Of a DNA stretch of 64,000 nucleotides, positions 13,634 to 22,632 are shown in pieces. Under the pieces are notes generated by a model, which saw nothing but the letters and a program-made list of their open reading frames with translations, had not been told where the DNA came from and did no database searches. Location: positions 186,001 through 250,000 of the forward strand of contig NIVC01000173.1 of the NCBI GenBank assembly GCA_002269645.1, written 5' to 3'. Origin of the DNA: Macrostomum lignano (lineage: Eukaryota). Numbering within the stretch: the stretch's first letter is position 1; each line of letters opens with the position of its first letter. The position numbers were made by a program, and so were the translations under genes.

Positions 13634-14915
13634 ACTACTAAGGACCCATTTATCCGCCCTTTTTGGAGGTGGGGTGGGTGTCAACCCTCCCCGCCTCTCA
13701 TTGGCTGGCGCTCGGCGCGCGCGCGCCGCAGGCGCGTGGCGCCAAGCGCCGACCAGCCGCAGGCGCACCCTCCCGATATGTATGACCACCCTCCCGATAT
13801 GTACCCCGATATGTACCCCGATATGTACACCCTCCCGATATGTATACCCACCCTCCAGAGCAGCAGGCGCCCATGCCGCAGACGCCCATGCCGCCGGCAC
13901 CCCGAGTGTACACTCTCCCAAGTCGCAGGCACCCCGAGTGTACACTCTCCCAAGTCGCAGGCACCCCGAGTGTACACTCTCCCATGTCGCAGGCGCCCCG
14001 AGTGTACACTCCCCCATGCCGCAGGCACCCCGAGTTTACACTCTCCCCAGTACACTCTCCCGATATGTAGTCAGCGATATTAGGCTAGTGAAAACTACTT
14101 ATAGTAGGTGAAATTGCGTATATTTGCATAAAAAAGTAGATAAAACATATTGGTAGGTGTGAATAATGACGCATAATGCATATTAAAATGTACATATTGG
14201 AGCATATGAGCAGCAAAAAACACACAATGTAGGTGCATTTTATCGATATTTTGGCAGAAAAGTAGGTGAAATAGACAAAATAGTAGGTATAATACACAGA
14301 ACCTACTCATTAGTGTAGTAGGCGCTTGTAGATGCTAGTATAATGCAGGTGCATACATACACACAATGTAGGTGCAAATTGAGTATAATACAGGAAAATT
14401 ATAATACATAGCATATAATGTAGGCGCATTTTAAACAATACATTTTGCATATTAACTCGCAGGTACAAATTTCAGTGCATAGGGTAAAATACACACACTG
14501 CAAATTGAGTATAATGCAGGAAAATTGTGACATATACAACATATGTATGCAAAATTAAGCTTATAGGTGCAAAGTAAAATATCAGGCTTCCTAGTAAAGA
14601 GACACGCCCCCAGAGCCAGGGCCGGGGGATCCTAGCGGAGTACAGTTCAGGTAGGAGCGTTCCTAGTCTGCAACCCATAGCTTCCAAATAGGGTACGAGG
14701 GGCCAATGTTTCGAGAGGGGATCCTCAGTACAGTGCGGTCAGAGAGGAGTAACATAGAGAAATTTCTCCCCAAGTCCCAAATAAGGTTTTTTCAAGGGGA
14801 TCCCAAGTACAGTGCGCTCCCTGGTGTCAAATGATGAAGGAATCCCGCCCCCAATGCACAGTGCGCTCCGGGGTGTTAAATGAGGAAGGATCCCGCCCCA
14901 ATGTACAGTGGAGGT
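13634..14915 (+). repeat. Left terminal inverted repeat (1,282 bp)
   Basis: Reverse complement of 21291-22632. Similarity stops after ...ATGTACAGTGGAGGT (14915). Confidence 0.95.
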
Positions 14916-15277
14916 AGAGTAACAGACCGCATACAAAGAGAATTCCAGTCAAACTTTACCGCAGCTCCCACCCCAAATGAGGGTTTTAGTGGATCCCCAG
15001 AGGGTAGCTCTCCAAGTTGAGGGATCCCCCAGTGTGTTGCGAGGCCCAAGTACAGTGCAGGCAGAGAGTAATAGAGTACAAAGAGAAATTCCCTTATCAG
15101 TCAAACTCGAGCTCGATCTTCAGCCAGGGCAGTCTCCTCCTCATCAGCGCTCTCGAAACATCTGTCAAAGTAAAAAATATTCAATGTAGACAGATTATAT
15201 GTAATTTATATACGATTTATATGAAATTAAGCTTACCAAAAATCGGGTTCGCGCTGTACGGATGCGGCACGCCTCAA

Positions 15278-15775
15278 TTAGCAACCCTCGTCAAACAGAT
15301 TTCCCCAAGGGTAGGGTTTGATGCTGTCAAGGCAGTCCTGCAGATTGTCCTCTGTCTTGGCTCGCTTGGCAGACGGTGGGACCTCGGGTGCCAGCTTGAA
15401 GAGCTTGTCCAAACGGGCGGCAAACATCCGGCGCCACAGTTCAGGCGTGAATTCGATCGTGTAGCGCCAATTAAACTTTGGGTCCTGATTGAGCCAATTG
15501 CGCAGCAAACGGATCCTCCCTCGCGAAGCTTCAACTGCCTTGAAATTGCCCAACAGGACCCGCTTGTTCACGTGAAGGCGGGCAGCAGCCTCCAGGTCAG
15601 GGCGCGCAGCTTCGAGCTTCTTCCACTCTGGCTCGCTCAAGTAGATTGCAGGGAAGCCGTCCTTCCACACTCCAGCCTCGTTGGTGTAGAGACGCCGAAT
15701 TTCAATCAAGTTGTGTTCAGTTTCAAATGTGGGCTTCCGCGCCACAAAGTTTTCGTATAGAGAGATAGAAGACAT
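15278..15775 (-). CDS. PC4 (Sub1/p15)-like ssDNA-binding protein with two tandem PC4-like repeats, 165 aa
   Basis: LIEIRRLYTNEAGVWKDGFPAIYLSEPEWKKLEAARPDLEAAARL aligns by eye with the PC4 core ([46 protein letters not shown]). A degenerate second copy follows (LGNFKAVEASRGRIRLLRNW...IEFTPELWRRM). A TATATAAG box lies about 50 bp upstream. Confidence 0.75.
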   Translation of the reverse strand: MSSISLYENFVARKPTFETEHNLIEIRRLYTNEAGVWKDGFPAIYLSEPEWKKLEAARPDLEAAARLHVNKRVLLGNFKAVEASRGRIRLLRNWLNQDPKFNWRYTIEFTPELWRRMFAARLDKLFKLAPEVPPSAKRAKTEDNLQDCLDSIKPYPWGNLFDEGC

Positions 15776-16018
15776 GATTTAGCAGCAGCAGCAGCAGAGA
15801 GCTCTCTGACAGCCGTGCAGCGCCTTATATACCCCCGGATGGAGGGTGGGGTGGGTGGTGATTTTGGGGGTGATTTTTGATGATTTTGGTTGGTTTTTGG
15901 CGATTTATCCAATAACAGGCGAGCTGAGCAGATTTTTTAGTATATATACAGACCCCAGAGCCAGGGTAGAGAGATAATCCTTCTCTCCGCTCGCTCTCTC
16001 ACACTCTCTGTTTGCAAA
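15776..16018. promoter_or_regulatory. Bidirectional promoter between the PC4-like and pPolB genes
   Basis: 243-bp head-to-head spacer with TATATAAG on the minus strand (15824-15831) and TATATATA on the plus strand (15941-15948), each about 50-70 bp before an ATG. Confidence 0.6.
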
Positions 16019-19000
16019 ATGGCTAAACGCAGCGCCACCGCAACTGCTTTCCTGGCTGACAAGAGGCAACGTCTTTATGGTAAGTTTTAATTAATTTCTG
16101 TCTAGACTGTAGTTGCTAGGGTGGGGGTAGGGGCTGAGCAGCAGCAGCAGCTGCAGGGTCTGTGGGACCGCAGAGTAAACAACAAAGACTGCTGCGACAG
16201 CTGCAGGGGTCTAGACTGGAGTTGCTAGGGTGGGGTGCTGCGGCAGGGTCTGTAACAGAGAGTTGCAGGGGAGGGCTAGACAAGTTTCAGCCGGGTGTGT
16301 GCTGATAAGAAATTGCTGCTAGGGGGGTGTTGTCCAGACAGGCTGCAGCTGGGGTGCAAATTGCTGCGACAGAGAGTTGCAGGGGTGAGTAAACAAAGAC
16401 TGGGGTGGGGTGTTGTCTAGACAGGGAGGGGTGTGCTGATAAGAAATTGCTGCAAAAACAGACAGTTGCTAGGGTGCTGCGGCAGATAAGAAATTGCTGC
16501 AGAATCGTTGGGGCAGGCTAGACAAGTTACAGCCGGGTGGGGGCAGAGAGTTGCTGGGACAGACTGGGGCAGACTGATAGGGCGCTACCCAGACAGGCTG
16601 CAGCTAGGTGCAAATTGCTGCGACAGAGAGTTGCAGGGGTGAGTAAACAAAGACTGCTGCGACAGGCTGCAGCGGGGGTGCAGATAAGAAATTGCAGAGA
16701 GTTGCTGCGGGGACAGCAGAGTAAACTCTGTTAAGAAATTGCTGGGGCTAGGGCGGGGAAACACGCTGGGGCCAGGAAAATGACAGATTCTTCTGGTTTT
16801 TTATCTCCTTGTGTTTTTTCAGACGCGTTTGTCCCGCCAACACAGCCGGAATCTGTTACCGGACCGGGTGAGTTATCCCGCCCCCCATTTCCCACACAGA
16901 CCCGCGCTGACTCACACTCCCCCATTCCCCCCATGCAGGTTTTACGGCCCGGCTGGATAATCAGCGTGACCTGCCCAAGTTTAGGGCAAAGGGTGTCGAG
17001 TATGTGGTGCGTATTACCAACACCGAAGATTTGCGGGAGGTGTTTGCCGACATGCTCGAAGTTTTCAAGCAAGATTTGGCTGGTGATGACTTTATGGCCG
17101 CGAAATTCGAGAGCGACAATATGCTCAAAGCGGCCCATACTCCCCCGGTGCGTGCATCCCGCATGACGGCTGAATTGTTGTTTAAGCACATCAACAAGAT
17201 TGTACAGTCGGATGCCACTGTCCTGACGGGCAACTTTTCTATCCGGTTGCTAAAGGCCTGGGTGCCTCGAGGTGGATGTGCTCTCGAGAACAAGCATCTA
17301 GAAGAGAGGCACGCTTTTTCAAAGCACTATGTCCGCATCACCAACTCGGACAAGAGATGCCTGCTGCGCGCTCTGGTCGTGGCCTGCGCCTACCTGCAAT
17401 TCGTGGCCAAGTCCATCACCGAGAAGGTGTGGCGCACAATCAAGGTCAATTCGCCCAAGCAGACTAAGCTGGTGGCTGAGCTACAAATCGAAGCGGGTCT
17501 CTACTCGGTAAGTTTCTAGTATTTTTCTGATAAGAATTTTTACGCAGTATCAGGGAATACTAAAAGAATTTTTACGCAGTATCAGGGAATACTAAAAGAA
17601 TTTTTACACAGTATCATGGAGTACTAAAAGATATATTTTCTGATAAGATTTTTACACAGTATCATGGAATACTAAAAGATATATTTTCTGATAAGATTTT
17701 TTACACAGTATCAGGGAATACTAAAAGAACCATACTCTGATAAGAAATTTTACGATAAGGAACACTAAAAGAAATATTTTACCCTCCACACAGACTCTTC
17801 AAACCGTCTCGCAGGCTGGTCCTTTCGGGGTGGATGCACTGCCCGAAGCGATCCGTGCCCTGAACCGGCTGCATCCGGGGCACGATTTTGGTGTACGCGT
17901 GTACCGCGCAGAGGAGGCCAACAGGTGCATCTTCAACCTGCCTGGCACCGAGATTCTGCACCTGCACCTGGTCGAGCAGCACTTTAATGTGGTTACCAAG
18001 CTGCCTGCGTTTTTCGGCTCCGTGCGCTACTGCCCCAAGTGCGAGATGGCCTACGACTGCGCCAACGCCAAGCACAAGTGTGCGGATGCCTGCAGTACAT
18101 GCAAGACTCCGGGCTCCAACTGTAAGGCAAACCGCGCATATGTAAGATGCCATGATTGCGGGCTAAATTGCTATAATGCTCAGTGCCTAGAAAATCACAA
18201 ACGCAAGAATAAGGCCGGCAGATCGCGCTGTGATTCGGTCCACGTTTGCGGCACGTGTGGCTATCTAGAAGAACTAAAAGTAGGCCAGCCCCCTGAGCAT
18301 CAGTGTGGTTATGCCAAGTGCCCAGTCTGCAAGCAGTACGACGAAACTGCCACCCACGAGTGCTTTGTCACCCCGCCAAAAGCCAAAGAGTCTAGCGCCC
18401 CGTATGTTTACTATGATTTCGAGACGTACTTGGACTCTGGCAAGCAGCACCGGGTACACTTGGTTACGGCTGCCACCTCCTGCGAGGCGTGTCCCAAACT
18501 CTTCCCCAGGCCCCGCTGCAGCGTGTGCGGGGGACTACACAGCTCAGCCAATTGCATTGCGGGACGCAATCTGGCGCTGGATTTTACGAGCTGTGTCTCG
18601 CACAATGACTGTGCCTGTGGGATGCGAGAGTTTGTATCTGTCGGGCCGCACTCTATCGATGCATTTTACTGCTGGCTGACTAGTGTGTTCAAGCAGGGGG
18701 CAATTGCTATTGCGCACAATGGCTCTGCGTATGACGCATTCCTCCTGCTCGGCGCCCTACTCAACGGACTGGCCAAGAAGAAGCCGCAAGTGATCTTCCA
18801 GAACAGCCGCCTAATGTACATGAAGTGCGACAAGATCACCTTCAAGGACAGCCTCAATTTCATCCCTATTGGTCTGGCGCAATTCCCAAAGGCGCTTGGT
18901 TTGGGCACCCAACTGACCAAAGGAGATTTCCCGCACGTGTTTAACCAGCCGGAAAACTGGGGGTACGTGGGACCCTACTGCTCAATTGATATGTACGGCG

Positions 19001-21154
19001 GGAAGAAGAATAAGCAGCATGACTCCATCGCCGACTGGCTGGCCAAGCAGGAGGGACAGGTGTTTAATTTCAATAAGGAGTACCTGGACTACTGCCTGCA
19101 GGACACGTTAATTTTGCGGGAAGGCTGTCTAAAGTACACCCGCCTGATTAAGGACATTTGCGGACTGGACGCATTTGTTCAATCCAACACCATTGCGGGC
19201 TTGGCTATGGCTGTTTTCACCACCAAGTTTATGGAGCCCAACACTCTTGGGGTGATTTCCCGCCGGTCCGATGTACAGTCGCACAAGGCGCGGTGCTGGC
19301 TTGCGCATTTGAATGCAACCGAGTTTGGCGGCCGGTTGCGGACAGCCGATTCTGGCGGCGAGGCTTTCGCCATGGGCCGTAAGGTCGACGGCTTCGACCC
19401 AGAGACCAGGACAGTGCTGCAGTTTCATGGCTGCTTCTACCATGGCTGTCCCAAGTGCTTCCCCAACGGCGACGTGCTGCACCCGCTCAAGAACCAGCCA
19501 ATGCGGGCGATTTATGAGGAGACTGAGCGCTTCACCCGGCTGCTCTCCACTGCCTACAATGTGCGTGTTCTGTGGGAGCACGACTATCAGGACGAGGGAG
19601 CGCCAGTCCAGCAGCCTATTCGCCTGGAGGAAGCCCTGTTTGGCGGCCGTACCGAGGCTTTTGTCCCGCACGCCGAGGCCACCGAGACTGTAGAGCTGCG
19701 CTATCGGGATGTGGTAAGTTTGTACACTTGTACACACACAGTTGACATGCGTTTGAGTTTATCTTATCCTTATCCCCTAGGTGTCGCTCTACCCGACTGT
19801 CAACAAGTTTGACAAGTACCCGGTCGGGCACCCGGTACACCACCCCGAGCCTCATCTACTGGATGAGCTGCAGCTGGCCCGGTATTTTGGCATCGCCGAG
19901 GTGTCGATTCTGCCGCCAACCAATCTCCACATCCCGCTACTGCCCGCCAAGATTAACAAGAAGCTGGTTTTCGGCCTCTGCCGCGTCTGCATGGAGACCC
20001 AGTGCAGCAGCGAGTGTACACACACTGACGCTGAGAGAATGCTCCGCGGCACGTGGTCAACCCCAGAGCTCCACAAAGCCCTGCAGTTGGGTTACAAGCT
20101 GCAGTCAGTTCATGCCCTGGCCTATTGGACCGAGACTCGCACGGGCCTGTTTGCAGATTATGTAAACACTTTTTTGAAGCTCAAAGCCGAGTCTAGCGGT
20201 TCGCCGGGGATGGCTGAGGACGCCAAGGCTGCCTACATGGCCAGCTTTTTCGAGCGCGAAGGCGTCCGGCTGGAAAAGGTGGAGGAGAATCCTGGCTTGC
20301 GCTTTGTGGCCAAGATTTTTCTAAACTCGTAAGTTTTTCTACTTGCAGTGGGGGCCGTGTTTTTCTACTTACAAAAAAAAATTATTTTTCCCTGCAGGCT
20401 CTGGGGCAAATTCTGCCAGCGCGACGACCTGACCTCCACAGAGATTGTGGACAGCTACGAGGCGTGGCTGCAGCGCCTGACCGACCCCTCGATCAAGGTC
20501 AAGTCGTGCGAGCCAATTGGGGAGAGCTTCATGATGCTCGAGTACAAGCCCCGATTTGGCGGTGCTGGCGAGCGGGCGTTCAAGTACGCTAATGTACCTA
20601 TTGGCGTTTTCACCACCTCCCACGCCCGGCTGCGACTCTACGAGGCTCTGGAGGGCCTAGGAACCCGAGTCATTTACGCCGATACCGATTCGTAAGTAAT
20701 TTTTTCACTGTCTCTGTCTCTCTTTCTCCCCTTAACACTTTATTCTCCTCCTCCTCCCAGGGTTGTATACCGCTGCTCCCCGGGCGAGTACGAGCCTCCG
20801 GGTGGTTCGAGTTTGGGGCAGTGGACTGACGAGGTACCTGCTGGCTGCCGCATGGTACAGTTCACCACGGGAGGCCCCAAGCTCTACCGGTACTTAGTGG
20901 AGAAGCCCGACGGGTCGCTGTACTCGGTGCTCAAGTGCAAGGGCATCAGAGTCACCCCCGAGATTTCCGAGCGCGAGGACGAGCTGCAGGAAATTCTGCG
21001 CCACGGCGGGACTGTACGCCTGCCCCAGGCCCAGTTCAGGCGCGATAAGGCTAGCTGTACAATCCGGACCCTCGAGATGGACAAGACTTTCCAGCGCGTA
21101 ATGACTAAGAGGGTGTATGGGGCCGCTAGCCGCCCGTATGGCTTTCGGGAGTGA
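16019..21154 (+). CDS. Protein-primed family B DNA polymerase (Polinton group-2 type), 7 exons, 1,276 aa
   Basis: Exons 16019-16079, 16823-16867, 16939-17507, 17794-19713, 19781-20328, 20398-20691 and 20761-21154 total 3,831 nt with all GT-AG borders and no stops. Motifs: ExoI YYDFET, ExoII AHNGSAYD, FKDSLNF, KGDFPH, ExoIII YCLQD, Vsr-like insert VDG...FHGCFYHGC, motif A RDVVSLYP, motif B KIFLNSLWGKF, motif C YADTDS, and pPolB-type C-terminal GPKLY, LKCKG and RPYGF. Confidence 0.95.
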
Positions 21155-21290
21155 GTGAAAGATAAGGATCTATCTTTTTTACGCCTCCCTGCCTGGGATT
21201 CCCCTATGTGCCCACTTGGGATCCCTTGACTCGTGGGGATGAAAATGGTTTTACGCCCGCACTGTACTTAGGGGTCCTTACTCATTTGGC

Positions 21291-22632
21291 ACCTCCACTG
21301 TACATTGAGCGGGATCCTTCCTCATTTAACACCCCGGAGCGCACTGTGCATTGGGGGGCGGGATTCCTTCATCATTTGACACCAGGGAGCGCACTGTACT
21401 TGGGATCCCCTTGAAAAAACCTTATTTGGGGCTTGGGGAGGAATTGGAATTTCTCTCTGCCCTCACTGTACTTGGGATCCCCTTGAAAAAACCTTATTTG
21501 GGGCTTGGGGAGGAATTTCTCTATGTTACTCCTCTCTGACCGCACTGTACTGAGGATCCCCTCTCGAAACATTGGCCCCTCGTACCCTATTTGGAAGCTA
21601 TGGGTTGCAGACTAGGAACGCTCCTACCTGAACTGTACTCCGCTAGGATCCCCCGGCCCTGGCTCTGGGGGCGTGTCTCTTTACTAGGAAGCCTGATATT
21701 TTACTTTGCACCTATAAGCTTAATTTTGCATACATATGTTGTATATGTCACAATTTTCCTGCATTATACTCAATTTGCAGTGTGTGTATTTTACCCTATG
21801 CACTGAAATTTGTACCTGCGAGTTAATATGCAAAATGTATTGTTTAAAATGCGCCTACATTATATGCTATGTATTATAATTTTCCTGTATTATACTCAAT
21901 TTGCACCTACATTGTGTGTATGTATGCACCTGCATTATACTAGCATCTACAAGCGCCTACTACACTAATGAGTAGGTTCTGTGTATTATACCTACTATTT
22001 TGTCTATTTCACCTACTTTTCTGCCAAAATATCGATAAAATGCACCTACATTGTGTGTTTTTTGCTGCTTATATGCTCCAATATGTACATTTTAATATGC
22101 ATTATGCGTCATTATTCACACCTACCAATATGTTTTATCTACTTTTTTATGCAAATATACGCAATTTCACCTACTATAAGTAGTTTTCACTAGCCTAATA
22201 TCGCTGACTACATATCGGGAGAGTGTACTGGGGAGAGTGTACACTCGGGGTGCCTGCGGCATGGGGGAGTGTACACTCGGGGCGCCTGCGACATGGGAGA
22301 GTGTACACTCGGGGTGCCTGCGACTTGGGAGAGTGTACACTCGGGGTGCCTGCGACTTGGGAGAGTGTACACTCGGGGTGCCGGCGGCATGGGCGTCTGC
22401 GGCATGGGCGCCTGCTGCTCTGGAGGGTGGGTATACATATCGGGAGGGTGTACATATCGGGGTACATATCGGGAGGGTGGGCATACATATCGGGAGGGTG
22501 CGCCTGCGGCTGGTCGGCGCTTGGCGCCACGCGCCTGCGGCGCGCGCGCGCCGAGCGCCAGCCAATGAGAGGCGGGGAGGGTTGACACCCACCCCACCTC
22601 CAAAAAGGGCGGATAAATGGGTCCTTAGTAGT
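21291..22632 (-). repeat. Right terminal inverted repeat (1,342 bp)
   Basis: Matches the left TIR except for a handful of substitutions or 1-bp indels, one fewer 12-bp GTACCCCGATAT unit and an extra 72-bp duplication (units starting at 21392 and 21464). Confidence 0.95.

Larger units (their letters stand above)
13634..22632. mobile_element. Minimal Polinton/Maverick-like element (8,999 bp): pPolB plus PC4-like gene only, ~1.3-kb TIRs, 6-bp TSD
   Basis: The left end ACTACTAAGGACCCATTTATCC (13634) is the exact reverse complement of the right end (..GGATAAATGGGTCCTTAGTAGT, 22632). GAAGCT is duplicated at 13628-13633 and 22633-22638. Removing the element restores the host reading frame (RLKL-GMDGG). 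Confidence 0.96.

Noticed and set aside
13496-14310. Many ORFs in the left TIR, mirrored at 21968-22680
   Set aside because: They are products of GC-rich tandem repeats within the TIRs, with no domain motifs. The mirroring simply reflects the inverted repeat.
15017-15760. 247-aa plus-strand ORF, considered as a possible integrase or capsid
   Set aside because: It is antisense to the PC4-like gene and lacks DDE/HHCC or capsid-like features. The TATA and ATG context favours the minus-strand gene.
16537-17293. ORFs in pPolB intron 1 and antisense to exons 2-3 as hidden Polinton genes (ATPase, protease, capsid)
   Set aside because: No Walker A, adenain or other recognisable motifs. The sequence is repetitive intron or the shadow of the coding strand.
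19714-19812. C-terminal end of the 660-aa ORF (…VSLYTCTHTVDMRLSLSYPYPLGVALPDCQQV) as the real protein end or a frameshift
   Set aside because: It is intron 4 read-through. Splicing at 19713/19781 restores the canonical SLYP motif.
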